This document shows positions 1 to 10,041 of a stretch of 64,000 nucleotides of DNA, one piece after another (the first letter of the stretch is position 1; each line of letters starts with the position of its first letter). The position numbers and the translations under genes were made by a program. Below the pieces are notes generated by a model that had not been told where the DNA came from, did no database searches, and worked only from the letters and a program-made list of their open reading frames with translations. Source of the stretch: an uncultured Gammaproteobacteria bacterium (GTDB taxonomy: Bacteria > Patescibacteriota > Patescibacteriia > SBBC01 > CAIJZX01); the NCBI GenBank assembly GCA_964397195.1, contig CAYNGY010000001.1:269415-333414 (forward strand), read 5' to 3'.

Positions 1-34
1 CGACGCGTCAGTGAAGCGACAAGGTACCGAATAA
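1..34 (+). CDS. 3' end of upstream ORF (possibly rplV/L22 C-terminus), partial at window edge
   Basis: Frame 2 is open from the window edge to TAA at 32-34 and directly precedes rpsC, as in canonical operon order; too short to identify. Confidence 0.25.
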   Translation, partial: DASVKRQGTE

Positions 35-38
35 TTCT

Positions 39-692
39 ATGGGTCAGAAGGTTCATCCAAAAAGTTTCCGGCTCGCAGTCACGTCACAGTGGAACTCTCG
101 TTGGTTTACGACGCGTGAATACCCGAAATTCCTCCGCCAGGATGTTGAAATTCGCAAGTTCTTGAAGAAGAAAATTCTTAATGGTGGTGTGGCGGCCGTT
201 GAAATTGAACGCTCATTGCAGAACTTAACCATTACCATCCATACCGCCAAGCCAGGTGTGGTGATCGGGCGCGGTGGCGCGGGCATCGAAGCCTTAAAGA
301 AGGGTGTTCGCCGGCTCCTGATGGGACAGGGCACCTACAACGTCAAGCTAAATGTTCAGGAAGTGAGTAAACCGGACCTGGCCTCGATGGTTATCGTCGG
401 TTCGATTGCCGAGCAGATTGAAAAGCGCTTACCGTTTCGTCGGATCATGAAGCAGACGGTTGAACAGGTAATGCAAGCTGGCGCCAAAGGGGTCAAAGTC
501 ATGCTCGCCGGCCGGTTAAACGGCGCGGAAATCGCTCGCACGGAAATGCTGACTCGCGGAAGTCTCCCGCTCCAGACCCTGCGTGCGGACATCGATTATG
601 GCCGTGGCGAAGCCCAGACGACCTATGGAAAAATTGGTATCAAAGTTTGGATTTATAAGGGCGAGGTCTTCGCGAACCAGCCAACCCACTAA
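39..692 (+). CDS. rpsC: 30S ribosomal protein S3
   Basis: 217-aa ORF with KH-domain and S3 C-terminal signature (MGQKVHP..., GRGGAGIE); position in S10/spc operon. Confidence 0.95.
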   Translation: MGQKVHPKSFRLAVTSQWNSRWFTTREYPKFLRQDVEIRKFLKKKILNGGVAAVEIERSLQNLTITIHTAKPGVVIGRGGAGIEALKKGVRRLLMGQGTYNVKLNVQEVSKPDLASMVIVGSIAEQIEKRLPFRRIMKQTVEQVMQAGAKGVKVMLAGRLNGAEIARTEMLTRGSLPLQTLRADIDYGRGEAQTTYGKIGIKVWIYKGEVFANQPTH

Positions 693-694
693 GT

Positions 695-1111
695 ATGTTG
701 ACTCCACGTAAAGTTAAACATCGCAAATGGCACCGCGGACGAATCCGCGGGAAAGCCACGAGCAAAACGACCGTTGCCTTCGGTAGCTTCGGCCTGCAAG
801 CGCAAGAACCGCGCTGGGTGACCGCGCGACAGATTGAATCTGCTCGGCGCGCCATGACCCGATTCGTGCAACGTGGTGGGAAGATCTGGATTCGTATTTT
901 TCCGGACAAGCCGGTCACCATCAAGGGGAATGAAATCCGGATGGGTGGCGGCAAAGGTGCGGTCGATCACTATGTAACCGTGGTCAAACCGGGAACCATG
1001 CTATTCGAAATGGATGGAGTCAAAGAGAGCGTGGCCCGCGAAGCGATGCGCCTCGCCGCCTACAAGCTCCCGGTCAAAACGAAATTTCTTACTCGCGAGT
1101 CCACTGAATAA
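695..1111 (+). CDS. rplP: 50S ribosomal protein L16
   Basis: 138 aa starting [11 protein letters not shown]..., a typical L16 N-terminus; follows rpsC. Confidence 0.95.
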   Translation: MLTPRKVKHRKWHRGRIRGKATSKTTVAFGSFGLQAQEPRWVTARQIESARRAMTRFVQRGGKIWIRIFPDKPVTIKGNEIRMGGGKGAVDHYVTVVKPGTMLFEMDGVKESVAREAMRLAAYKLPVKTKFLTRESTE

Positions 1112-1116
1112 TTTGT

Positions 1117-1323
1117 ATGGATTGGTCTGAACTCCAACACGCGACCCCAAACGAGCTCCAACGGCAACTTGGTGAGCTCCGCGAGCGCCTGCGCGGTTTG
1201 CGCTTCCGCCTCTCTGTCGGTCAGGAAAAAGACGTTCGCGAAGTTCGCGACGTTCGTCGCCACATTGCTCGAATTTTAACTAAGCTTCGTCAGCTCAAAA
1301 CGACAACGGAGAATAAGGTATGA
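1117..1323 (+). CDS. rpmC: 50S ribosomal protein L29
   Basis: 68 aa, coiled basic protein in canonical position after L16. Confidence 0.85.
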   Translation: MDWSELQHATPNELQRQLGELRERLRGLRFRLSVGQEKDVREVRDVRRHIARILTKLRQLKTTTENKV

Positions 1324-1568
1324 CCTCAACGACACCACATCGCCGCCGACTCCAAGGAACGATCGTCTCGACCAAAATGACGAAGACGGTTATCGTCCGC
1401 GTCGACCGAATTAAGACGCACCCGAAGTATGGGAAAAAGTTCACCGCGTCAACCCGGTTTGCCGTTCATGCCGAACAGCCGGATCTGAAGGTGGGCGATA
1501 AGGTTTGGATTGAAGAGACTCGTCCTCTCTCGGCCACCAAGCGATGGCGATTGATTAGCCGCGTATGA
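1320..1568 (+). CDS. rpsQ: 30S ribosomal protein S17
   Basis: 82 aa, [20 protein letters not shown]... S17 OB-fold signature; ATGA-type overlap with rpmC. Confidence 0.92.
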   Translation: MTSTTPHRRRLQGTIVSTKMTKTVIVRVDRIKTHPKYGKKFTASTRFAVHAEQPDLKVGDKVWIEETRPLSATKRWRLISRV

Positions 1569-1936
1569 TTCAACTCCGCACCATTCTCAAGCCAGCCGAT
1601 AATACCGGCGCCAAGCGCATTGCCGTGTTCCGTGTTTGGGGCGGCTATAAGAAACGCTATGGCCAGCTCGGGGACATCGTCACCGGCTCAGTCAAGGAAG
1701 CTGTGCCACATGGCATGGTCAAGAAAGGCGATGTCGTTCACTGTGTCATCATTCGCCAACGCAAAGAATACCGCCGCGCTGATGGTTCCTATATCCGTTT
1801 TGATGATAATGCCGGTGTCATCGTCGATCCGAAATCGAAAGACCCGAAAGGGACGCGTATTTTCGGCCCGGTGGCTCGTGAGTTAAAGGCCAAAGGTTTT
1901 TCCAAGATCGTGTCATTAGCCTCGGAGGTACTCTAA
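1565..1936 (+). CDS. rplN: 50S ribosomal protein L14
   Basis: 123 aa, [17 protein letters not shown]... canonical L14. Confidence 0.95.
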   Translation: MIQLRTILKPADNTGAKRIAVFRVWGGYKKRYGQLGDIVTGSVKEAVPHGMVKKGDVVHCVIIRQRKEYRRADGSYIRFDDNAGVIVDPKSKDPKGTRIFGPVARELKAKGFSKIVSLASEVL

Positions 1937-1940
1937 TCGT

Positions 1941-2264
1941 ATGTCCCGCATCAAAGTTAAAGTTAAATCCGGCGACATGGTCCTGGTTCGAACCGGCAAA
2001 GATGCCGGGAAAAAGGGCAAAGTCTTGCAAGTTTTTCCGCGTGAAGGCCGACTCGTCGTCGAAGGCGTCAACTCCATGACCAAGAATATTCGCTCGAAAC
2101 AGCGGGGCCAGGCCGGACAACGCGTTCAATACAATAGCCCGATCCATATCTCGAACGTGATGGTTATCGATCCCAAGTCGAGCGAGCCGACCCGGTTGGG
2201 GACCATGATGGTCGGTGAGCGCCGCGTTCGACGTAGCGTCCGTTCTAAACAACCGCTGGCATAA
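1941..2264 (+). CDS. rplX: 50S ribosomal protein L24
   Basis: 107 aa with KOW motif (GDMVLVRTGKDAGKKGKV). Confidence 0.93.
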   Translation: MSRIKVKVKSGDMVLVRTGKDAGKKGKVLQVFPREGRLVVEGVNSMTKNIRSKQRGQAGQRVQYNSPIHISNVMVIDPKSSEPTRLGTMMVGERRVRRSVRSKQPLA

Positions 2265-2270
2265 GATCCC

Positions 2271-2822
2271 ATGATTTCCCGACTCCACGATCACTACCGC
2301 AAAACCGTTGCTCCGGCCTTAAAAAAGGACCTTGACCTGTCGTCCTCGATGGCGGTTCCGACCGTCTCCCGGATCGTCCTGAACTCTGGATTCGGTCGCT
2401 TCACCAAAGATACGAAGCACCAAGAAACAGTCCTGCGCACGCTCGAGCGCGTGGCCGGTCAGAAAGCAGTTCTGACGAAGGCAAAAAAATCCATTGCCGC
2501 CTTCAAACTCCGTGAAGGTATGGTCATCGGGGCAAAGGTGACGCTTCGTGGGGAGCGCATGTGGGAATTCCTCGATAAGCTCATTAACGTTACCCTGCCT
2601 CGTGTTCGAGATTTCCATGGCATTAACGCCGACGGCATGGGCAAAAGCGGCAACATCACCCTTGGCATTAAAGAGCACATCGTCTTTCCAGAAATCGGGA
2701 GTGATGAAGTCGAGTATCTCCATGGACTCGAAGTAACAATTATTACGACGGCGCGCACTCGAAGTGCCGGCGAAGCCCTGCTCGCAAAGCTCGGTTTCCC
2801 ATTTCAACGTTTGAAGCAATAA
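2271..2822 (+). CDS. rplE: 50S ribosomal protein L5
   Basis: 183 aa, canonical L5 motifs (NVTLPRVRDF, GNITLGIKE). Confidence 0.95.
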   Translation: MISRLHDHYRKTVAPALKKDLDLSSSMAVPTVSRIVLNSGFGRFTKDTKHQETVLRTLERVAGQKAVLTKAKKSIAAFKLREGMVIGAKVTLRGERMWEFLDKLINVTLPRVRDFHGINADGMGKSGNITLGIKEHIVFPEIGSDEVEYLHGLEVTIITTARTRSAGEALLAKLGFPFQRLKQ

Positions 2823-2826
2823 TTCT

Positions 2827-3012
2827 ATGGCCACCTCCGCGCAAATTGCGAAGTCCAACCGACGACCAAAGTATTCGACCCGCCTGGTTCGTCGCTGCTG
2901 GCGCTGTGGACGCAAACGCGGATATATTCGCAAGATGCAACTCTGTCGAATTTGCTTCCGCGAATTAGCCAACAAGGGAGATATCCCGGGGATGGTAAAG
3001 GCATCCTGGTAA
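2827..3012 (+). CDS. rpsN: 30S ribosomal protein S14 type Z (zinc-binding)
   Basis: 61 aa with CxxC...CxxC (CWRCGR...CRIC) typical of S14Z; position between L5 and S8. Confidence 0.92.
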   Translation: MATSAQIAKSNRRPKYSTRLVRRCWRCGRKRGYIRKMQLCRICFRELANKGDIPGMVKASW

Positions 3013-3022
3013 CACGACACGT

Positions 3023-3406
3023 ATGACCGATCCTATCGCTGATTTCATCACTCGCATCCGGAACGCCCAAATGGCTAACCACGCTGATGTCGTGTTGCCG
3101 TACTCGAAATTTAAATACGCGGTGGCCCAACTCCTTGAACGAGAGGGGTGGATTACCGGACTGACCGTGGTTGATGGCGGGAAACACCTGCGGGTGCTCT
3201 TAAAATACCATCTCGGAAAACCGGTCATTAACGAAATCAACCGCATCAGCCGTCCCGGTCGTCGCGTCTACGTCAATCGCACTGATATCCCGCGTGTCAA
3301 GAACGGCTTCGGGACCGCCATTATTTCGACCTCACACGGACTGATGACCAGCGCCGAAGCCCGAAAGGCCAAACTCGGTGGTGAGGTTGTTTGTGAAATC
3401 ATGTAG
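3023..3406 (+). CDS. rpsH: 30S ribosomal protein S8
   Basis: 127 aa, MTDPIADFITRIRNAQMA... canonical S8. Confidence 0.95.
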   Translation: MTDPIADFITRIRNAQMANHADVVLPYSKFKYAVAQLLEREGWITGLTVVDGGKHLRVLLKYHLGKPVINEINRISRPGRRVYVNRTDIPRVKNGFGTAIISTSHGLMTSAEARKAKLGGEVVCEIM

Positions 3407-3409
3407 CCT

Positions 3410-3961
3410 ATGTCACGTATTGGTAAACTCCCTATTCAACTTCCGGCCAATGTGACGCTCACCGTCGCGGACGGGAAGGTCGTGGCCAAAGGCCCGAAAG
3501 GCGAACTGACCTTCGCGCCGCATCGCCATGTAACGGTGACGGTTGCCGATCAACAGGCGGTTATTACGGTCGCCCATCCGGACGAGCAATCCGATCGCGC
3601 GCTCTGGGGGCTCACCCGCGCGTTAGTAGCCAACATGGTTCGTGGCGTCACTGACGGTTTTGCTAAGAAACTTGAGATTAACGGTGTCGGGTATCGCGCG
3701 GTGGTGACCGGTCAGAATGTCCAGCTGTTCCTCGGATTCTCCCACTCGATTGATTTTCCGCTCCCGGCTGGAATCACGGCCACACTTGAGAAAAATGTAC
3801 TGACCATTTCCGGCATTGATAAACAGCTCGTCGGTGAAATTGCCGCCAAAATCCGCGCCCTCAAGAAGCCAGAGCCGTACAAAGGAAAAGGGATCAAGTA
3901 CGATACCGAGGTCATTCGTCGCAAGGCTGGTAAGGTCGTTAAGGCCGCGGGCGCTAAATAA
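3410..3961 (+). CDS. rplF: 50S ribosomal protein L6
   Basis: 183 aa, [12 protein letters not shown]... canonical L6. Confidence 0.95.
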   Translation: MSRIGKLPIQLPANVTLTVADGKVVAKGPKGELTFAPHRHVTVTVADQQAVITVAHPDEQSDRALWGLTRALVANMVRGVTDGFAKKLEINGVGYRAVVTGQNVQLFLGFSHSIDFPLPAGITATLEKNVLTISGIDKQLVGEIAAKIRALKKPEPYKGKGIKYDTEVIRRKAGKVVKAAGAK

Positions 3962-3972
3962 GCACGTGCTGT

Positions 3973-4320
3973 ATGAATAACTCACAACAATCACGCCACC
4001 ATCGCCACCGCCGTATTCGCGCCTCGATTATCGGGACCGCTGAACGACCGCGTCTGGTTGTCTTTCGAAGTTTGAAACACATCTCCGCCCAGCTGATTGA
4101 TGACACCGTCGGTCGGACAATTGCCTCGGCCGATGACCGACAGCTCGAAAAAGCGAAAGGGAAGAAGGTTGACCTCGCCAAAGCGGTCGGGACGCTCATT
4201 GCCAAAAAGGCGACGGAGGCCAAAATTACTTCGGTGATATTTGATCGCGGTGGCTATCAGTTCCATGGACGCATTCGCGCACTGGCTGACGGCGCTCGTG
4301 AAGGAGGGTTAACGTTCTAA
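3973..4320 (+). CDS. rplR: 50S ribosomal protein L18
   Basis: 115 aa, basic N-terminus, RLVVFRS... L18 signature. Confidence 0.92.
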   Translation: MNNSQQSRHHRHRRIRASIIGTAERPRLVVFRSLKHISAQLIDDTVGRTIASADDRQLEKAKGKKVDLAKAVGTLIAKKATEAKITSVIFDRGGYQFHGRIRALADGAREGGLTF

Positions 4321-4321
4321 T

Positions 4322-4846
4322 ATGCATTCTGTTGAACAACGAGGTGGCGGACGACGACGACGATCATCCGCGCAACGCGAACCACGCGAATTCGAGCAAA
4401 AGACGATTGAAATCGCCCGCGTGACTCGCGTTGTGGCTGGTGGAAAACGTATGCGTTTTCGGGCCACGGTCGCCATTGGTGATATGAAGGGCAAAGTTGG
4501 CATTGGCATGGCCAAAGGCGGCGATGTGTCCATCGCCATCCAAAAAGCCGCCACGGCCGCTCGAAAAAAGATGATCGTTGTGCCGATTGTTGATGACACG
4601 ATTCCACACCAGGTGTATATCAAGCGTGGCGCCGCAAAATTATTGGTCAAGCCAGCGCCAAAAGGAAGTGGTGTTATTGCCGGCGGTCCGATTCGTATTA
4701 TCATGGAACTAGCTGGGGTCAAGAACGTCGTCAGTAAGATTCTCGGGTCCTCAAACAAGATTAATAATGTGTATGCGCTGTTCGAAGCGCTGGGTTCACT
4801 CCAGACGCGTGAGCACGCACGACAGCTTCGTGGAGGCTCCCGATGA
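4322..4846 (+). CDS. rpsE: 30S ribosomal protein S5
   Basis: 174 aa, S5 dsRBD and C-terminal motifs (VTRVVAGGKRMRFRA, GSGVIAGG). Confidence 0.95.
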   Translation: MHSVEQRGGGRRRRSSAQREPREFEQKTIEIARVTRVVAGGKRMRFRATVAIGDMKGKVGIGMAKGGDVSIAIQKAATAARKKMIVVPIVDDTIPHQVYIKRGAAKLLVKPAPKGSGVIAGGPIRIIMELAGVKNVVSKILGSSNKINNVYALFEALGSLQTREHARQLRGGSR

Positions 4847-5289
4847 TTACGTTACACACACTCACCCCATCATCCCGGCGCACGAACCCAAAGCGGGTTG
4901 GTCGGGGAAACTCCTCAGGTAAGGGGACTACTGCTGGCCGTGGAACGAAAGGGCAACGCGCCCGTACCGGTGGTCGCAATAAAACCGGTCGTCGCGCCTT
5001 AAAGGCGTTAATCGAACGAACGCCAAAAATCCGGGGGTTCCGCTCAATTCATGAGCCATGGACGGCGGTCCCGCTTGATGCCATCGCTCGCGCCTTTACT
5101 GGCACCGAGGTGATCACACCAGCGAAGTTGGCGGCCAAAGGCTTGATTCGTCGTGCTCGTCCCGGCGTTAAAATTGTCGGTGCGACTACGAGCGGAAAAA
5201 AATTGACCATTAAAGCACAGAAGTTTTCGGCTGGCGCAAAAGCCTCAATCGAAAAAGCTGGCGGTCACGCCATCGAATTAACATCATAA
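4843..5289 (+). CDS. rplO: 50S ribosomal protein L15
   Basis: 148 aa, Gly/Arg-rich N-terminus typical of L15; overlaps the rpsE stop (no L30 gene in between). Confidence 0.93.
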   Translation: MITLHTLTPSSRRTNPKRVGRGNSSGKGTTAGRGTKGQRARTGGRNKTGRRALKALIERTPKIRGFRSIHEPWTAVPLDAIARAFTGTEVITPAKLAAKGLIRRARPGVKIVGATTSGKKLTIKAQKFSAGAKASIEKAGGHAIELTS

Positions 5290-5294
5290 CGCCC

Positions 5295-6572
5295 ATGTGG
5301 GATAAACTCGCCCTCGTCTGGAAAATCCGGGATGTCCGGAATAAGATTCTCGTAATCTTGGGCCTGTTGGTGATCTTCCGGTTGGCGGCGCATGTGCCGA
5401 TCCCGGGCGTTGATGTAGCGGCGCTCAAGAACTACTTCCAATCGAATCAATTATTCGGTTTATTGAATATGTTCTCGGCGGGCGGGTATGATACCTTCTC
5501 GATCGTCATGCTTGGCGTCGGACCGTACATTACCGCCTCGATTATTTTCCAGTTGCTCGGGATGATGATTCCGGCAATTGAAAAAATCCAGAAGGACGGC
5601 GAACGTGGGCAGGCCCGTATTAATCAGTGGACTCGATATTTGACGGTACCACTTGCCGCGGTCAACTCCTTCGGGACGATCGCCCTCATCCGCCGATCCG
5701 CACCGACCATTTTGCCGAACCTGAACACCTTTGAATTCGTTTCAGCGATTCTGACTATTACGGCCGGATCGATCTTCCTGATGTGGCTCGGGGAAATCAT
5801 CACCGAGAAAAAGGTTGGGAACGGGATCTCCCTGATGATTTTTGCTGGTATTGTCGCCGGGCTCCCGTCAAAACTGCAACAGACAGTGACCGTTGCCGAC
5901 TCGTCGAAAACGTTCGATTACCTTATCTTCGGCGCCTTAGCGGTCGTGACGATCATGGCGGTTGTCTATGTGACAGAAGCGGTTCGAAAAATTCCGGTCA
6001 CCTATGCGCGACGCGTCTCCGGCTTAAAAACCTATGGTGGGTCGGAAACATTCCTGCCGATGCGGGTCAACCAAGCCGGCGTGATTCCAATCATCTTCGC
6101 CGTCTCGCTGATCTTAACGCCGTCGTTGGTCGCCCAGTTTTTCTTAAGCTCAAAGATTGTCTGGCTTCAGCACGCCGCCTCAACGGTCAGCCGATTATTC
6201 CAACAGGGGACGGTGACCTATGACGTCGTGTATTTCCTCTTGGTGTTCATCTTCACCTACTTCTATACGGCGGTAGTCTTTCAGCCAACCCAGGTCGCCG
6301 AGAATTTGCAGAAACAGGGCGGCTTTATTCCGGGTATCCGACCGGGTCGACCAACCGCCGAGTACCTGTCGTATGTCACGAATCGCATTATTCTCGCCGG
6401 TGCCGGATTCTTAGGCGTCATTGCCCTGCTCCCAAACCTTGTCCAGCGCTTTAGCGGGATTACGACTCTGATCATCGGCGGTACCTCGCTCCTGATCGTT
6501 GTGAGTGTCGTCATCGAAACGGTAAAGCAAGTTGAAGCCCAACTCATTGTCCGTGACTACGAAGGCTTCTAA
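5295..6572 (+). CDS. secY: preprotein translocase subunit SecY
   Basis: 425 aa, 10-TM protein with SecY signatures (GIRPGRPTAEYL); canonical position after rplO. Confidence 0.95.
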   Translation: MWDKLALVWKIRDVRNKILVILGLLVIFRLAAHVPIPGVDVAALKNYFQSNQLFGLLNMFSAGGYDTFSIVMLGVGPYITASIIFQLLGMMIPAIEKIQKDGERGQARINQWTRYLTVPLAAVNSFGTIALIRRSAPTILPNLNTFEFVSAILTITAGSIFLMWLGEIITEKKVGNGISLMIFAGIVAGLPSKLQQTVTVADSSKTFDYLIFGALAVVTIMAVVYVTEAVRKIPVTYARRVSGLKTYGGSETFLPMRVNQAGVIPIIFAVSLILTPSLVAQFFLSSKIVWLQHAASTVSRLFQQGTVTYDVVYFLLVFIFTYFYTAVVFQPTQVAENLQKQGGFIPGIRPGRPTAEYLSYVTNRIILAGAGFLGVIALLPNLVQRFSGITTLIIGGTSLLIVVSVVIETVKQVEAQLIVRDYEGF

Positions 6573-6618
6573 CCGCCAACGAGCCGTGGGCGCGAAAATC
6601 GTGTATACTGTGGGGGCT

Positions 6619-7296
6619 ATGAACAAACCCCGTATTATTATTCTTGGGCCCCAAGGGTCCGGGAAGGGAACTCAAGCCGGGCTCCTGTCACGACATTTTC
6701 ATATTCCGCATATTTCGGCCGGCGACCTCCTGCGTGATGAAGCACGCCGCGGGACGTTACTCGGAAAAAAAATTTCCAAAATTATCGACGCCGGTCGTTT
6801 GGTACCAAATAGTGTACTGTTTTCCGTCGTCAAAAAGCGGCTGCTGAAACCGGATGCGCGGCGCGGTTGGATTCTTGATGGGTACCCGCGATTCCGGGCC
6901 CAAGCGAAAACGCTATTTCGCTTCGTCAAGCCGTCGCTCGTCATTAGTTTGAAACTCAGTGATGCGCAAGCGATCAAGCGCCTTGGGGGGCGCCGTGTCT
7001 GTCCACGCGGGCATATTTACCATATCGATCATGATCGCCCAAAGCGCCGGGGATTCTGTAACTATGATGGCTTGCCATTAAAAGAACGGGCGGATGATAC
7101 ACCGGCCGCAATTCGAAAACGTTTGACATGGCACCATCAGCAGACCGACCCGCTCATCTTGGACTTCCATCGAAAACGGATGGTGGTCGACATCGATGCC
7201 AAACCAAAGATTCATGACGTTTTTGTTTCGATCATCAACCAGGTAGAACAGAAACCATGGCAATTATTTCCAGCGACCAAGACGTCGCGGCGCTAA
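6619..7296 (+). CDS. adk: adenylate kinase
   Basis: Starts MNKPRIIILGPQGSGKGTQ (P-loop); the longer ORF from 6532 overlaps secY, so the internal ATG at 6619 with a GGGGG SD is preferred. Confidence 0.9.
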   Translation: MNKPRIIILGPQGSGKGTQAGLLSRHFHIPHISAGDLLRDEARRGTLLGKKISKIIDAGRLVPNSVLFSVVKKRLLKPDARRGWILDGYPRFRAQAKTLFRFVKPSLVISLKLSDAQAIKRLGGRRVCPRGHIYHIDHDRPKRRGFCNYDGLPLKERADDTPAAIRKRLTWHHQQTDPLILDFHRKRMVVDIDAKPKIHDVFVSIINQVEQKPWQLFPATKTSRR

Positions 7297-8000
7297 CACA
7301 GAGTGGGAAGATTCTCGCCGATACCCTCCGGGCCGTCCGTGAACTTGTCGTCCCCGGTATCAGCACACGTGAACTCGATCATCATGCGACCACACTCGTC
7401 CGTAAAGCCGGAGGCGAACCAAGCTTCTTGGGTTTCCAGGGCTATCCCGCGAGCCTGTGCGTCTCGGTGAATGATGAGGTGGTCCATGGAATTCCCGGAC
7501 GTCGGACGATCAAGCCCGGCGATGTCGTCAGTCTCGATCTCGGCGTTGCCTACGAAGGTTGGTTGACGGACGCGGCGATCACCATGACGGTCGGCGCGGT
7601 ATCGGCCGATGTTGAAACGTTGCTCTCTGTGACCGAAGCGTCGTTGCGGGCCGCCGTCGCTGCGGCGGTAGTTGGGGGTCGCATTGGTGACATCGGCGCG
7701 GCCGTTGAGGGTGTCGTCCAGCCACACGGGTTCGGGATTGTCGATCAATTGTGTGGCCACGGTGTTGGTCGCGAGGTTCATGAACCGCCACAAATACCTA
7801 ACCGCGGTCGGGTTGGCACCGGTCCACGGATTGTGATCGGATCGGTACTAGCGATTGAACCGATGATTGTCCTGGGTCAACCGGGTGTGTATACCGCCGA
7901 TGACGGTTGGACGGTCTTGACGAATGATCATTCGGTGGCGGCTCATTTTGAGCATACCGTCGTGGTGCTCGAGGATGGTCCGCATATTATGACCCTATGA
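7257..8000 (+). CDS. map: type I methionine aminopeptidase
   Basis: 247 aa, pita-bread fold motifs; follows adk as in canonical operons. Confidence 0.92.
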   Translation: MAIISSDQDVAALTQSGKILADTLRAVRELVVPGISTRELDHHATTLVRKAGGEPSFLGFQGYPASLCVSVNDEVVHGIPGRRTIKPGDVVSLDLGVAYEGWLTDAAITMTVGAVSADVETLLSVTEASLRAAVAAAVVGGRIGDIGAAVEGVVQPHGFGIVDQLCGHGVGREVHEPPQIPNRGRVGTGPRIVIGSVLAIEPMIVLGQPGVYTADDGWTVLTNDHSVAAHFEHTVVVLEDGPHIMTL

Positions 8001-8386
8001 AAGTGCAAGGAACAGTCATCGGATTTGATCTCGGGACGCGCCATATCGGCGTCGCTATTCGTCCGGCTGGGACAGAAATCATCCTGCCGCGGCCAAGTTT
8101 GCATGTTCAAGACGATGCGTCGTCCCAACAGGCGATTTTGCAAGTTATTCAAGCTGAAGAGCCGGTGGCTGTTGTGGTCGGAATGCCGCTGACGATGCGT
8201 GGCGAGGTCGGCCCGCAAGCCGCGAGTGTTGAAACATTTGTCGAGAAACTCCGCCCGTTGGTAGCTTGTGAAATCCATCTGGCTGACGAGCGGTTATCGA
8301 GTCAGCTTCCTGATGATGAGAGTGGCGTTGATGATCACGGACGTGCCGCCCAGTCGATACTTGAAACCTGGCTCTCCGCCCAATGA
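7997..8386 (+). CDS. ruvX: Holliday-junction resolvase-like RuvX/YqgF
   Basis: 129 aa, IGFDLGTRHIGVA... RNase H-like YqgF signature. Confidence 0.85.
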   Translation: MKVQGTVIGFDLGTRHIGVAIRPAGTEIILPRPSLHVQDDASSQQAILQVIQAEEPVAVVVGMPLTMRGEVGPQAASVETFVEKLRPLVACEIHLADERLSSQLPDDESGVDDHGRAAQSILETWLSAQ

Positions 8387-9468
8387 GCTGGTTCCCATTG
8401 GCGATGATTGTGATGGCGGCTGGCGTGAGTGCTGTCGGGACCCGGACCGTCATCCATCTCGCTACGCGGTGGCGCGTGGTGGACGACCCGAGCAGTGATC
8501 CAGACCGAAAGCGACATGGGCGGATTGTCCCGCTCCTCGGTGGCTGGGCAATTATCGGAGCCGTGTTACTTTGTCTGTGGTTTGTTCAAATCTGGCCAGG
8601 CGCGGCCGAATGGCGCCTTTCGCTGCCACAAATCATCGGGATTACGCTGGCCGGTCTGACGATCATGATTGGTGGCGGGGCGGATGATCGCTGGCGCCTC
8701 CGACCAGCACAGCAACTTATCGCACCGGTCGTCGCGATTGCCTGTGTTGTGGCGGCCGGTATTGGGGTAACCGAGATTCGGAATCCGTTCGGTGGGATGA
8801 TTGATTTATCCGGGGCCATCGTGACGATTGGTCCGATAACCGTCACCATTATCGGTGGCATTTTTACGGCCATCTGGTTGTTTGTGACGATGTACGCGAC
8901 GAAACTACTGGACGGCATTGACGGGTTAGTGACCGGCGTTGGACTGATTGGCGCCGTGATCGTCTTTCTCCTGACACTTCGTCCAGAAGTGCATCAACCG
9001 CATATCGGGTTATTGGCGCTGATCGTTGCGGGCGCGACCGCCGGATTCTTGTGCTTCAATTGGCACCCGGCCAAGATATTTCTTGGGGAGAGCGGGTCAT
9101 TATGGATCGGCTTCGTCCTCGGCCTGCTCGCCATTATCGCTGGCGGCAAACTCGCCACGGCGCTCCTCGTCCTGGGTCTGCCTATTTTGGATCTCGTCGC
9201 CGTTATTCTCTACCGGGCGTTCATCCTGCACCAATCGCCATTTCGCACGTCCGATCGCAGTCATCTCCATTTTCGGCTGCTTGATCAAGGCTGGTCAGTG
9301 CGCCGAACCGTATTGTTTCTCTATGCCGTGACCGCCATCTTCGGTTTCTCCACCTTAATTGTCCATGGACTGACGAAGGTGTTCGTCCTTGGGTTTCTGG
9401 TGGTCATGATGGTCAGCGTGGCCACGTATTTCATCCGGCGTACGCGCTCGGCGCACCCGACCGCATGA
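8383..9468 (+). CDS. glycosyltransferase family 4 (MraY/WecA-like polyprenyl-phosphate sugar-1-phosphate transferase)
   Basis: 361-aa polytopic membrane protein with a DGIDGL motif; ATGA overlap with ruvX. Confidence 0.8.
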   Translation: MSWFPLAMIVMAAGVSAVGTRTVIHLATRWRVVDDPSSDPDRKRHGRIVPLLGGWAIIGAVLLCLWFVQIWPGAAEWRLSLPQIIGITLAGLTIMIGGGADDRWRLRPAQQLIAPVVAIACVVAAGIGVTEIRNPFGGMIDLSGAIVTIGPITVTIIGGIFTAIWLFVTMYATKLLDGIDGLVTGVGLIGAVIVFLLTLRPEVHQPHIGLLALIVAGATAGFLCFNWHPAKIFLGESGSLWIGFVLGLLAIIAGGKLATALLVLGLPILDLVAVILYRAFILHQSPFRTSDRSHLHFRLLDQGWSVRRTVLFLYAVTAIFGFSTLIVHGLTKVFVLGFLVVMMVSVATYFIRRTRSAHPTA

Positions 9469-9962
9469 CGAGTCGTGTGGCGCTGATCGGTGGATTGGTA
9501 GTCAGTGTGTGCGTGCTTTGTGCTGTTTGGTACGGCGTCCCCCAAAAAACGTCGCCGGTTACTTCTGGCGACTACCGACGGATGGACGTGAGGATTGCCG
9601 AACATAATTTTCACGTTCGGGTACCACAAACAGCCGCCGCTTCCGCCCGGGGGCTCGGCGGCGTAACCGCGTTAGCGACGGATGAGGGGATGTATTGGGT
9701 GTACGCGTCACCGCAAATGGTGACATTCTGGATGCAGGGGATGCGCATTCCGCTCGACTTTATCTGGATTCGTGACGGACGAGTGATTGGAACGACCGAA
9801 CAGGTCCCGCCACCCGAAAAAGATAACGTTCTACCACTGCCACTCTTCAATCCTCCAGAAAAGATCGAACGCGTGCTTGAAGTAGCGGCCGGAACGGTCG
9901 CACGACTCCACATCCAGACGGGTACCGAAATAATTGAATCTCCGGCCACCGCTGCGCCTTGA
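9465..9962 (+). CDS. DUF192-family protein (membrane-anchored)
   Basis: 165 aa, N-terminal TM then a DUF192-like core (MRIPLDFIWI...). Confidence 0.7.
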   Translation: MTSRVALIGGLVVSVCVLCAVWYGVPQKTSPVTSGDYRRMDVRIAEHNFHVRVPQTAAASARGLGGVTALATDEGMYWVYASPQMVTFWMQGMRIPLDFIWIRDGRVIGTTEQVPPPEKDNVLPLPLFNPPEKIERVLEVAAGTVARLHIQTGTEIIESPATAAP

Positions 9963-10041
9963 CAAAGAGGCGCATTTCTGGTAGGCCTGATGCATTGTAG
10001 TTCCTGGCTGCACCACACCCCAATCCGAAAGGGCCCAGCAC

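Noticed and set aside
53-4758. Numerous 60-160-aa minus-strand ORFs overlapping rpsC..rpsE (e.g. 53..334, 1818..2294, 2319..3020, 4309..4758)
   Set aside because: They are antisense to well-conserved ribosomal protein genes and have no start signals. They are typical shadow ORFs.
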